Positions 17,954 to 27,263 are shown, counted from the first letter of the stretch. The stretch is DNA of 32,000 bases from Promethearchaeota archaeon (GCA_016933055.1 JAFGBS010000004.1:210001-242000), one strand, 5' to 3'. Notes: a model not told the origin generated them from the letters alone. Numbers and translations: made by a program.

Positions 17954-19249
17954 ATGGAATTTAATTTGGATAAATTTTTTGATGACTACTTGGAAAAGCC
18001 TCAGATCTTTAGAAATAGAAATTGTTTAAGTGCTAATTTTATACCAGACGAATTACCCCATCGAACAGATCAAATACGCATAATTGCACAGATTATGGCT
18101 TGCACGCTGAAAAACTCTATTCCATCCAATCTTTTCATTTATGGTAAGACAGGTACAGGGAAAACGGCCGTTGTAAAACACGTTAGTCAAAAATTAAATG
18201 AAAAATGCATAGAAATTGGGATACCTAATCCTAACTGGCTATATATTAATTGTAATCAAGTTACTTCAGGATATCGTGTTCTAGCGACAATTTGTAATTA
18301 TTTGGATCCTGAGAACCCCCTACCTCCAACGGGAACTCCTCGTGATATTATGATCGAACGATTAATTACGCTACTAGAATCCAAAAATTGCCTCTGTTTT
18401 ATAATTCTGGATGAAATTGATTCCCTAAAAGATAAGGAATCTAAAGATTCTGTATTGTACATATTAACCCGGATTAATGAGAATCTCATAAATTCAAAGG
18501 TAAATATCATCGGAATATCCAATATTTTGAATTTTAAGGATGATTTGGATCCTCGAGTCTTATCCAGTTTATGTGAGGAAGAAATGGTATTTCCCGCATA
18601 TAACGCGATCGAGCTTTATGATATTCTTCGTTCCCGAGCAGCACTTGCCTTTCAACCCAACATGTGTGAGGAGGGCTCCTTACGTTTATGTGCAGCAATT
18701 GCAGCCAAAGAGAATGGTGATGCACGAAGAGCCTTATCATTATTACGAAAATGTGCTGAAATCGTTGAAAGAATGGGAAAGACGATGTTATCCAGAACCG
18801 ACGTGTTAACTGCCCAATACGAATTAGAAAAAGACACTACGGAAGAATTCATCAAAAATCTACCCGTTCAGCAAAAAATCATTCTACTTTCTATTTATTT
18901 AAATCAAAAACATAAAAAAACCCCTGAATCTAATAGTGGAGAAATTTATACAACCTACAAAGAATTAAGTAAAAAAGTATACAGCTTGAATGCTTTAACA
19001 GCCAAAAGGGTAGCAGATTTAGTAAAAGAGCTGGATCTTTCTGGAGTAATCTCTTCTCGTCTTGTATCCTTTGGCAGAAAAGGGGGAAGAACACGAATGG
19101 TGTCCCTAAAAGTAAGAGATTCCCAGTTGAAGAGTAGTTTAGGAGACGATGATCGCTGCAAAGCCGTGTTAGAATATGTTCCTTCTCACATACGACGAAC
19201 AGATATTAATGTGGATCTAGAAGGACATCGATACAAAGCACTATTATAA
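17954..19249 (+). CDS. cdc6: Orc1/Cdc6 replication initiator AAA+ ATPase
   Basis: Walker A GKTGTGKT, Walker B ILDEID, GDARRAL, C-terminal winged helix (VSFGRKGGRTR). Confidence 0.97.
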   Translation: MEFNLDKFFDDYLEKPQIFRNRNCLSANFIPDELPHRTDQIRIIAQIMACTLKNSIPSNLFIYGKTGTGKTAVVKHVSQKLNEKCIEIGIPNPNWLYINCNQVTSGYRVLATICNYLDPENPLPPTGTPRDIMIERLITLLESKNCLCFIILDEIDSLKDKESKDSVLYILTRINENLINSKVNIIGISNILNFKDDLDPRVLSSLCEEEMVFPAYNAIELYDILRSRAALAFQPNMCEEGSLRLCAAIAAKENGDARRALSLLRKCAEIVERMGKTMLSRTDVLTAQYELEKDTTEEFIKNLPVQQKIILLSIYLNQKHKKTPESNSGEIYTTYKELSKKVYSLNALTAKRVADLVKELDLSGVISSRLVSFGRKGGRTRMVSLKVRDSQLKSSLGDDDRCKAVLEYVPSHIRRTDINVDLEGHRYKALL

Positions 19250-19258
19250 CGATGATAG

Positions 19259-19330
19259 AGCTTCTGGAGGGACTTGAACCCTCGACCTATTGATTACGAA
19301 TCAATCGCTATACCGCTAAGCCACAGAAGC
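19259..19330 (-). tRNA. tRNA-Thr(CGT), no intron
   Basis: Acceptor GCTTCTG/CAGAAGC; anticodon arm ATTGA-TT-CGT-AA-TCAAT; T-arm GAGGG-TTCAAGT-CCCTC. Confidence 0.96.
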
Positions 19331-19432
19331 TTAAGGTTAGATCTAGTGAAGTAAACTCTTTTTTATCATTTTCCACATCATAAAAAATTTGTCGTTCCTT
19401 TTTTCTGCAAGTACTCCCTCTTATATATCAGG

Positions 19433-20461
19433 ATGAAGAAAGTCAGCGACATTGGAGAACGAGGATTGATCAAGATCATCTCTAAAATTTTGGGAGGATT
19501 GGGCAATGAGGAATTGTCTGGTGAGGATGATGCAGTAGCCATAAGATTAACCGATCCGTCCCTTTTAGTTATAAATAATGATATGTTGGTGTCTACTACC
19601 GATATACCGACTCAAATGACATTGATTCAAGCAGGGCGTAAAGCAGTTATAATGACCGTTTCGGATGTACTTGTGAAAGGAGCAATTCCTAAATGGGCAG
19701 TCGTTTCTTTGGGAATACCTGAGAATCTTCCCTTAGAAGATGACGGTGGGTTTAAAGGCATAATTTCGGGACTAAAACAAGGATTTGAAGAACATGATGT
19801 ACAATATTTAGGTGGGGACCTAAATGAGACTAAGGAAATAATTATTTCCTGTACAATTTTTGGTGAAGCTCCTTATGGTGTGATTCCACGCTCTGGAGCG
19901 AAACCCAATGATCTTATCATAACAACTGGAAAACTAGGGGCAACCGGATGCGGATTTTCGATTCTTATGAAAAATATCGATCCCCCGAAAATTTCCCCTG
20001 AACATAAAAAACAATTCATCCATTCTGTATTAAATCCATCCACTCCTGTCCAATATGCAATTGATTTGAAGCGAAATAACTGGGTCAATGCATCATGCGA
20101 CTCTTCTGATGGAATTTTAGCTACTATCAAAGAAATATGTTCTGCAAGCAACACGGGAGCAAAATTACAATGGAATCAATTTCCCTTAGAGAATGGATTT
20201 AATGAATATATTCGCGCAACAGAACTTGATCCATTAGACCTTGTATTCAATGCAGGAGAAGAGTTTTTACATTTGTATGTTATTCCCGCAAATAAATTTA
20301 AAGAAATAAAAGCACATTTTTTAAAAAAAAGAATGGATTTCCATGAATTGGGGTATATTACCTCAAATCCAATGGAAATAATACTGGAAAAAAATGGAAC
20401 AAGAGTTAATTTATCAAAACTTACGGGATATGAACATCTAAAGAAAAAACAAAAAGAATAA
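19433..20461 (+). CDS. thiL: Thiamine-monophosphate kinase
   Basis: IGERGLI, EDDAVAI, NDMLV, SDVLVKGA, LGGD, TTGKLG, DSSDG, AGEEF. Confidence 0.92.
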   Translation: MKKVSDIGERGLIKIISKILGGLGNEELSGEDDAVAIRLTDPSLLVINNDMLVSTTDIPTQMTLIQAGRKAVIMTVSDVLVKGAIPKWAVVSLGIPENLPLEDDGGFKGIISGLKQGFEEHDVQYLGGDLNETKEIIISCTIFGEAPYGVIPRSGAKPNDLIITTGKLGATGCGFSILMKNIDPPKISPEHKKQFIHSVLNPSTPVQYAIDLKRNNWVNASCDSSDGILATIKEICSASNTGAKLQWNQFPLENGFNEYIRATELDPLDLVFNAGEEFLHLYVIPANKFKEIKAHFLKKRMDFHELGYITSNPMEIILEKNGTRVNLSKLTGYEHLKKKQKE

Positions 20462-20472
20462 AATACTAAAAA

Positions 20473-21849
20473 TTATTCTCCAACTAGTTTTCCGTCTTTT
20501 ATTAACTCTCCTTTTCCAAGATATTCCCGAGCCATTTTCTCTCCTTTTTCGAAATCCACAAACAATAGTAAGATAAACCCTAAACCAAAGAGTATTAATA
20601 AGGAAAGTAATCCAAGTCTATGGTTTCCGGTGGCTCCCGTGATTGTTGCCATTAAAAAGGGACCAACCACAGCTGCAAATTTTCCTAACATATTGAAAAA
20701 TCCATAAAACTGGGCAGATTTTCCTTCAGGAATTAATCTTGAATATGCACTTCTTGATAGTGCTTGGATTCCACCTTGAAATAATGCTATTGCTCCACCT
20801 ATGATAAAGAATTGCCATTTTGCGGTAATAAAGTATCCAAATACAGTAATTCCCATATAACCGCCTATTGCAATGAGAATTCCTTTTTTTGTTCCAATTT
20901 TTTTCGCAAATAGATTAAATAATAATGTAGCAGGAAATGCGATATATTGAACCATAAGTAAAATAATGGCTAGATCCGTTGCAGCAAGGTCTTCAATTTG
21001 TCCTTGTTCTGCCAGAGCCGTCCCATAGTCAAGTGCCATCCGTATAATCGTATCGACACCGTCTATGTATAACCAAAAAGCCAGTAAAAAGATTCCTACA
21101 TATTTAAGATGCTTAATATCCTTTAGAGTCTCCCATAATTGCCGGAATCCTCCCTTAATCGCTTGAGTATACTTTAACTTCTCTGCAACTGGTGGTTCTT
21201 TCACTCTTATAAACAATGGAATTGAGAATATTATCCACCATACCATTACAGATACGAATGCCCACTGAATTGCTCTAATTTCATTTTGGATTCCAAATAA
21301 TCCAGGAGCAATGTACATAACAGCATTTAATGTAAAGAGCAATCCCCCTCCAATGTAACCAATGGCATACCCCAAGGAAGAAACATAATCAATTTTCTTT
21401 TCTGATGCAACACCCACCAGTATAGCGTCATAAAAAATGTTAGCCCCCGAAAATCCCAGTATTCCAAATCCGTACAAGATCATTGCGAGTTTATACTGAC
21501 CTTCCAATAGTAAAGATAAAGCACCTGTCACTAATGACCCCAAAAGAGCAAAGAATCCCAGAAACCGTTTTTTATTCCCCATTTTATCCGCTATAGCGCC
21601 TAAAATAGGTGCAAGTATTGCAACGACTAATGATGCAATAGCATTTGTATTTCCTAACCACTGAGTTTGCTGTACTTCAGTTAAGATTCCCTTACCCCAG
21701 TATTCCCCTAAGAATATCGGAATAAAAGCTGCCATAATGGTAGTTGCAAAGGCACTATTCGCCCAGTCGTATAAAGCCCAAGCCCAAATGGATTTTTTAC
21801 TATCTAATTGGACAACTTCTCGTGGCGTATCATTCTTATGATTTTCCAT
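20473..21849 (-). CDS. MFS transporter, UMF1/Atg22-like family
   Basis: WALYDWANSAF, GAIAD, FYDA, SSLGYAIGYIGG, YIDGVDTI, QALSRS, FYGFFNMLGK; about 12 hydrophobic segments. Confidence 0.92.
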   Translation of the reverse strand: MENHKNDTPREVVQLDSKKSIWAWALYDWANSAFATTIMAAFIPIFLGEYWGKGILTEVQQTQWLGNTNAIASLVVAILAPILGAIADKMGNKKRFLGFFALLGSLVTGALSLLLEGQYKLAMILYGFGILGFSGANIFYDAILVGVASEKKIDYVSSLGYAIGYIGGGLLFTLNAVMYIAPGLFGIQNEIRAIQWAFVSVMVWWIIFSIPLFIRVKEPPVAEKLKYTQAIKGGFRQLWETLKDIKHLKYVGIFLLAFWLYIDGVDTIIRMALDYGTALAEQGQIEDLAATDLAIILLMVQYIAFPATLLFNLFAKKIGTKKGILIAIGGYMGITVFGYFITAKWQFFIIGGAIALFQGGIQALSRSAYSRLIPEGKSAQFYGFFNMLGKFAAVVGPFLMATITGATGNHRLGLLSLLILFGLGFILLLFVDFEKGEKMAREYLGKGELIKDGKLVGE

Positions 21850-21951
21850 ACTTATCAGCTAAAATTGAATTTTTAAGCATATTTCCACCCGGTCATTTAT
21901 ATTCCTATCGTCTAAACTTCCTCTTGAGTTATTATGAAAATATAAAAAGAG

Positions 21952-22036
21952 CGCACACGAAGGGATTCGAACCCATGAGAGCATAATGCTCACCGGATCT
22001 CAAGTCCGGCTCCGTTGGCCGCTTGGATACGTGTGC
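21952..22036 (-). tRNA. tRNA-Ser(TGA), long variable arm, no intron
   Basis: Acceptor GCACACG/CGTGTGC, discriminator G; anticodon arm CCGGA-CT-TGA-GA-TCCGG; variable arm GAGCA-TTA-TGCTC. Confidence 0.96.
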
Positions 22037-22159
22037 TTGTTTGAAATATAAAAATTTAACCCTTATTCCACAATCGAATCAAAGATACGAGAATCCTCCT
22101 AGTCCACAAAAACCACCAATTTAGTGTTTTGAAGTGGAAATTGGTATTAAATCTTTCAC

Positions 22160-23332
22160 TTAAGCATGTTTTAGAATGAATGATAACAACCACCAAAATC
22201 TACATATTCGATCAACAGACATAAGTTTTACAAATACAAATCTTCGAAAAGCATTATACCGTTTTGCTACTTTGATGATATGCTTATAGAGCTCAGTTTT
22301 TTTGAATTTATTCTTTATCTCTGAATGTGGTTCATCTGAAAATATTGAATTTGTCCAATATTGAGCCATTTTTATAGAAGAAATCAATCCACTTCCTCCT
22401 GAAGTTTCCACAAATCCCGCAGCATCCCCTAAAATAACCAATCCTGGTCGTGGAGAAAACTCAGAAATCGGACCCGTCATCGGAATCGCTGTGATTTCTT
22501 CGTGAAGAATAGATGCACGTTTGATCATTTCTGAAAATACAGGATATTCGCTCTTGATTTTGACCCATATTCCCATGATTTCTTTAACCGGGGGGATTGG
22601 AACTCCTAGTTCATATGCATTATCAGTTTGAATAATAATTCCAGTTTCCAGATTCTTCTCATTTCTTGGAAATAAGAATATGATAAAGGGAGGAAATTTT
22701 GGAGCAAAATCCAAAGCCCCCGTAGGAACGAGAAAATATTTGAATGCTTTACTAGAATAATTACCGTTTTTCATAAGGCACTTGATTATAGGAAAATTCA
22801 CTATTGGTTTCTTTTTACAGTATTTTCTAGAGATTACGCTTGAATGTCCATCACATGCGAAGACTGTATTCCCAAAGACTTCCTGAATGGAACCCTCCGA
22901 ATGCTTGAACTTTACCCCAACCACAGTGTGTTCGTTAAAAATTGTATCACATACTTCTGCATTCAAAATGAATGGAATCTTCAGTTCTTGAATTTTCTCA
23001 GTAAACAATCCGATCCATTGTATCCAATCAAATACGATGCTGGGTGTTCTCCTAATAACTTCTATCATGGTCTCTTTAGACGGCAAAGGGGGAAAGAATT
23101 CTCGATTTTTTGTTTTAGATAATGTAATTTTATCCATTACACCTTCTCCGAGAATCTCGTCTAAAATTGGATCTAAATGAAGTGTTTCACCTCGGAGTTC
23201 AGCACCAAGTATGGGACCTTTTTCTAATATGATCACGGATTTCCCAAGATTTTTTATAAAGATAGCAGCGGATAATCCCGTAGGACCACCACCAACTATT
23301 ATTGCATCATATTTGCTAGAAAGGTCCATCAC
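22160..23332 (-). CDS. FAD-dependent oxidoreductase, geranylgeranyl-reductase-like family
   Basis: GGGPTG dinucleotide-binding motif, ACDG, GDAAG...GGSG. Start is GTG at 23332 or ATG at 23329. Confidence 0.82.
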   Translation of the reverse strand: MMDLSSKYDAIIVGGGPTGLSAAIFIKNLGKSVIILEKGPILGAELRGETLHLDPILDEILGEGVMDKITLSKTKNREFFPPLPSKETMIEVIRRTPSIVFDWIQWIGLFTEKIQELKIPFILNAEVCDTIFNEHTVVGVKFKHSEGSIQEVFGNTVFACDGHSSVISRKYCKKKPIVNFPIIKCLMKNGNYSSKAFKYFLVPTGALDFAPKFPPFIIFLFPRNEKNLETGIIIQTDNAYELGVPIPPVKEIMGIWVKIKSEYPVFSEMIKRASILHEEITAIPMTGPISEFSPRPGLVILGDAAGFVETSGGSGLISSIKMAQYWTNSIFSDEPHSEIKNKFKKTELYKHIIKVAKRYNAFRRFVFVKLMSVDRICRFWWLLSFILKHA

Positions 23333-23382
23333 GTGAAATTATAATACCTAAATTAAATATTTATCTTTATCTCGAATATACA

Positions 23383-23718
23383 ATGTCTATGGACGATTTT
23401 ATCCCAATGATATTTTTTGTCACAACTCCGGACAATAAAACTGCTGTAGAACTAGCAAATGGAATCGTACAACGAAAAATTGCAGCTTGTACCAATATAA
23501 TTCACAAGATAACAAGTATCTACTGGTGGGAAGGGAAAATCAATACTGATTCAGAAAATTTGATGATTATTAAAACATCAAAAAAGAAATCAGATGATTT
23601 GATCGCATTCATAAAAAACAATCATCCCTATAAAGTTCCCGAATGCATAGGAATAAAAATCACCAAAGGTTTGCAACCATATCTTCAATGGATTATGGAT
23701 TTGACTACGGAGAGATAA
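23383..23718 (+). CDS. cutA: Divalent-cation tolerance protein CutA
   Basis: FVTTP, AACTN, SIYWWEGKI, E..MIIKT, HPYKVPE. Confidence 0.95.
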   Translation: MSMDDFIPMIFFVTTPDNKTAVELANGIVQRKIAACTNIIHKITSIYWWEGKINTDSENLMIIKTSKKKSDDLIAFIKNNHPYKVPECIGIKITKGLQPYLQWIMDLTTER

Positions 23719-23722
23719 AATA

Positions 23723-24541
23723 TTGGTGATGTACATGTCAGTTTTTGAATTGTTCATGTGGATTAATTTCTCTATAATCATTTTTATAATTGGTATCATT
23801 TTAAGTGCAAAACTAATGCAATATTTCAGAAGATGGGGGATTTCCAAAGAAGCTAGCAACAATTACGAGGTTAATTTTTACGAAATATTAGTTAACAACA
23901 CAAAGTTGAATCTAAAATATTATCGCATTAAAAATAACAACCAATCGGAAAATAAAAAATTATTAGTTTTTACTCCTTTCTCTGTGTCATGTAAGCGTTT
24001 TTTATATTTTGCAACTGCACTTGCTCTGAATAGCTATGACGTGATATTGGTTGAAAGTAGGCGTTTTATCAAACTTTGTTCAAAATTGCATAATCCGAAG
24101 GAACCTATCGTTGAATTGATTCAAAATTTTGCTCCTACATACATCATAGCAGGGGATATGATGTATCCGATATTGGTCAAAACTACCGACCAACTAAATT
24201 TGAGATACGTTTTTATTCGTCCAATTTTAGATTACACTGAATTATCATTGTTTCGTAGTATCCCGTTCAGTGGGCGTTGGTTTCTAGTTTTGAGTTTGCG
24301 TTTATTCAGAATCAATCAATTTCTAAAGAAATTGGGGACTTCCCACACAATTCGTGATCAAATAAATTCACACATTAATGCAAAATCTTTGATGATTTAT
24401 CCTAAACTCCCTTTCAGAAAGAAATCTGTAAAAAAAATGCTGAATTATCCAAATAATGAAGTGTATGTGCTTTCCTCGCGATTTTCGTTTCGAAATTACG
24501 AAACAATTGTATTTGGGACAATTCTTCGTTTCATTTCATAA
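23723..24541 (+). CDS. Hypothetical protein with N-terminal membrane anchor, possibly a degenerate alpha/beta-hydrolase fold
   Basis: Hydrophobic residues ~5-30, then LLVF...FATALALNSYDVILVE resembling the hydrolase N-terminal core; no GxSxG. Confidence 0.5.
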   Translation: MVMYMSVFELFMWINFSIIIFIIGIILSAKLMQYFRRWGISKEASNNYEVNFYEILVNNTKLNLKYYRIKNNNQSENKKLLVFTPFSVSCKRFLYFATALALNSYDVILVESRRFIKLCSKLHNPKEPIVELIQNFAPTYIIAGDMMYPILVKTTDQLNLRYVFIRPILDYTELSLFRSIPFSGRWFLVLSLRLFRINQFLKKLGTSHTIRDQINSHINAKSLMIYPKLPFRKKSVKKMLNYPNNEVYVLSSRFSFRNYETIVFGTILRFIS

Positions 24542-25238
24542 GTCGTCTTCTGACAATCACGTTTGTGTCTGCGATTTTTTTTAATTCTTCTTCAAAATTT
24601 TGATTGAGACTCAGATCTTTTTTCAAGAAAACCCCCGTTCGCCCGGTTTTGTCTCGTCTTAATAAAACTCGCTTTCGAATTGTGATGATTTTTGGTTGAA
24701 CAACCATTAGTTTTCGTGCCAGTGCTTCGTTGCCGATTAGGCTCATTTCTCGATGACCAGACTGGTTAGGGATGATTAATGTTAAACTTTTTGTGATTCC
24801 CGGAACTCGAGCGTCATTCTGCAGACCTATTTTATCAATTGCTCCTCCAAATCTATAAAAATCCAAGGCTATGTCATTCATGTTCGTCATAAAAAATGAA
24901 ATAGTTACCGAGTTAGGTAAAAATAAGTGACCTTTTATTGCATCGCCGGGTGTAGCTTGAACAATTTGCTTACCTATTATCTGTAGATCTGCTTTCTCCA
25001 ACGCGAATTCGATTTTAAAAGATGAGAGTTTATTTAAAATGACTATATCTAAGTCACTGAGTGGATTTATATCTCCTCGGGCAACACTTCCGTAGATTAA
25101 ATATTGAAAATCTGCTTTTTGCAGTGGTGATGCAATATTTTTTGCAAAATTCCTTATGTTTTTAAAGAGTCCCCATTGTTCTGCATTGTATTCTATTATT
25201 CGGTCAATGGGTGAGTATTTTACCTTTGAACGGGGCAT
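24531..25238 (-). CDS. Archaeal Pol-beta-superfamily nucleotidyltransferase (COG2413-like, uncharacterised)
   Basis: YGSVARGDINPLSDLDIV (GS...DxD), FYRFGG, RVPGITKSL, RRDKTGRTGVF. Start chosen at ATG 25238 (MPRSKV); the ORF track starts at 25301. Confidence 0.85.
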   Translation of the reverse strand: MPRSKVKYSPIDRIIEYNAEQWGLFKNIRNFAKNIASPLQKADFQYLIYGSVARGDINPLSDLDIVILNKLSSFKIEFALEKADLQIIGKQIVQATPGDAIKGHLFLPNSVTISFFMTNMNDIALDFYRFGGAIDKIGLQNDARVPGITKSLTLIIPNQSGHREMSLIGNEALARKLMVVQPKIITIRKRVLLRRDKTGRTGVFLKKDLSLNQNFEEELKKIADTNVIVRRRLMK

Positions 25239-25425
25239 GGAACAAAATCCGGAGATGGAACCTTCTCCATGTTTTGGTAATATCTTGTGAATAAAAAACA
25301 TTGCAGTTCTTGGAATTCCTGGAAGTCATCTCTCAGTAGCAGTCGAATCTACAAGTTCTATAAGTGTAATTAGATCTCTCCTAACGCTTGAAGTTGAATT
25401 GTAATAAACGAAAAAGAAAAAATTT

Positions 25426-25534
25426 CGGGCCTTGAGGGATATTCGGAAAATTATACACTACACGATAATTATCTATCGAACCCCCGACCAACGGATTAAG
25501 AGTCCGCCACTCTACCTGTCTGAGCTAAAGGCCC
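25426..25534 (-). tRNA. tRNA-Lys(CTT) with a 35-nt intron in the T-loop (59/60)
   Basis: Acceptor GGGCCTT/AAGGCCC; anticodon arm GCGGA-CT-CTT-AA-TCCGT; T-stem GGGGG/CCCTC interrupted by 25440-25474. Confidence 0.93.
25440..25474 (-). other. tRNA intron (59/60) with strict BHB junction
   Basis: Central helix TTCG/CGAA, bulges AT|A and TA|T, outer helix formed by the T-stem, inner helix GATAATTAT/ATAATTTTC (8 of 9 pairs). Confidence 0.88.
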
Positions 25535-25614
25535 ATAAATATTGTAGGGGTTGGTAGAGTAAAAATACAATATTATAGCACCTAAAAAAATTTTATGGAA
25601 ATATAAAAGATGAT

Positions 25615-26739
25615 TTAGAGAATAGGAGTAAACTCACATACTTCATACAATTCAGCTCTACGGAATGGCAAAATTTCATATAATCCTCCAGATACCTTGT
25701 TATCTTTAATTAGACGCATTGAATTTTCATCTTCTGATAGAAACCATGGAAGATCTAAAGATAATTTTCCAGAATCTTCGGTCAAAGCCATCATTGATTT
25801 TGGAATTCGGATTTTTCTTCGCAGCTGGGCATATAATCGATTCACTTGATCGATTGTACCGCTTACTCGTAGGAAAATTAATGTCCCGTCTTTAGTAACT
25901 TCTTCATACGGGTATTTTATGGATTCTGCTCTACGTTTGTACCGATTACGAAGTTGGGTTCCGTCTTTCAGCGCAACTGAGCAAAAATGCACAGAAATTG
26001 TGTATCTGTCAGGAAGTTCCGTGAGAATTTTATAAGCAAGTTCTTTACTTCCCTCTACGGAGGCGATAGAATCCTCTTTAATTTTAAATCCTCTTTTGAG
26101 TAATTCTTTATGATTTGGTTCGTTCATCTCGAATTCATTGAAATTTACAAAGTCCACCCCGATATTATCCAAATAATCAATTAAATTCCAAAGATATTCC
26201 TCATGTTCTGGAGTAGGAATGACTGGAACTTCTGCTCCGACTCGCATTCCTCTATCTAATGCATATTGGATACGATGAAAATCTTTTTCTGCGGGATGAA
26301 ACCGAATTTCATCCAGACCCGCTTCCATTAAATCATCCGCAATTAACGGAGTGAAATTAACACCTGAGGTATACAAGTGAATATGAAACGAATCTCCAAA
26401 TTCATTCTTCAACTCCTCAATGTAAAATAAACTTAACTCCCTCTGGTCTTCATTGAATAATGGATCTCCTCCCGTGATGCTAGCACCGAATGCTTTAATG
26501 AGTTTAGCCTCTTCGATGATGTCTTTTGGACCGTTTGCCAGAATCTCATCAGCGAAAATTAAATCACTCCCCTTACGTCGTTCAGAGATCGGGCAGTACC
26601 AAGAACATCGCTTTGGATTAGAACATTTTCCTCCAATGAATAAAACCAGTTTTTGACCCCGATGACATAACTGGCACCCTAAAGGGAGAGTTCCCACATA
26701 TAGGGATCCTGAGTCCGAATTAATTACTGGTCTCTTCAT
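25615..26739 (-). CDS. Radical SAM protein, uncharacterised archaeal family (COG2108-like)
   Basis: LPLGCQLC...KLVLFIGGKC, cluster motif CSNPKRCSWYCP, SITGGDP, HIHLYTSG, GLDEIRFHP, VGAEVPVIP, NFNEFE, HFCS. Confidence 0.88.
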   Translation of the reverse strand: MKRPVINSDSGSLYVGTLPLGCQLCHRGQKLVLFIGGKCSNPKRCSWYCPISERRKGSDLIFADEILANGPKDIIEEAKLIKAFGASITGGDPLFNEDQRELSLFYIEELKNEFGDSFHIHLYTSGVNFTPLIADDLMEAGLDEIRFHPAEKDFHRIQYALDRGMRVGAEVPVIPTPEHEEYLWNLIDYLDNIGVDFVNFNEFEMNEPNHKELLKRGFKIKEDSIASVEGSKELAYKILTELPDRYTISVHFCSVALKDGTQLRNRYKRRAESIKYPYEEVTKDGTLIFLRVSGTIDQVNRLYAQLRRKIRIPKSMMALTEDSGKLSLDLPWFLSEDENSMRLIKDNKVSGGLYEILPFRRAELYEVCEFTPIL

Positions 26740-26880
26740 GTTCTATATCATCCGTGTTTTGTCATTTCAAATGGATATAACTTATATTATTTCAGCTAAT
26801 GGAAAATTTGCAAAAAATTTAGTATACGATATAGTTTCATCCGGGATCATTTAATTAATAGATTCCTCGGATCAAGAATT

Positions 26881-26954
26881 CGGGCCCACGGGGATTTGAA
26901 CCCCGGACTAACAGGTTAAAAGCCTGCTGCGCTCCCTGACTGCGCCATGGGCCC
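26881..26954 (-). tRNA. tRNA-Lys(TTT), no intron
   Basis: Acceptor GGGCCCA/TGGGCCC; anticodon arm GCAGG-CT-TTT-AA-CCTGT; T-arm CGGGG-TTCAAAT-CCCCG. Confidence 0.96.
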
Positions 26955-27240
26955 TTATCTCTTCCAAGATCAAGGTTCCGAATGAAATATTATCTTAACT
27001 AATATTCTTAACTTACATGTATTGATTTGGTCGAAGAATTATAAATGTGTTAAAAAACCTCCCATTTTTAAAAAACTTATCGCTAATTCACTCTACGGAA
27101 TAAATACAGTTGTAGGTTCTCGTATTTCCAAAGCCGATCTGAAATGCGTGCGTGATTAGAGATTATTTTAGTTATATTTTTTAAGAGGCACCTTTTTATC
27201 TCAACGTACATTAATTATACACGTAGTAAATAGACAGACA

Positions 27241-27263
27241 CGTAAAACCTTATATATTATAAA
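27241..27263 (+). promoter_or_regulatory. Candidate archaeal BRE + TATA promoter
   Basis: CGTAAAA followed by CC-TTATATATTATAAA fits the BRE/TATA layout by eye, about 450 nt upstream of tfb. Confidence 0.35.

Noticed and set aside
24531-25238. CCA-adding enzyme
   Set aside because: At about 235 aa it is far shorter than archaeal class I CCA enzymes and lacks their body and tail domains.
26974-26990. Single mini-ORB-like GTTCCGAATGAAAT
   Set aside because: Weak match with no partner copy or G-string, lying in the tRNA-Lys(TTT) promoter region.
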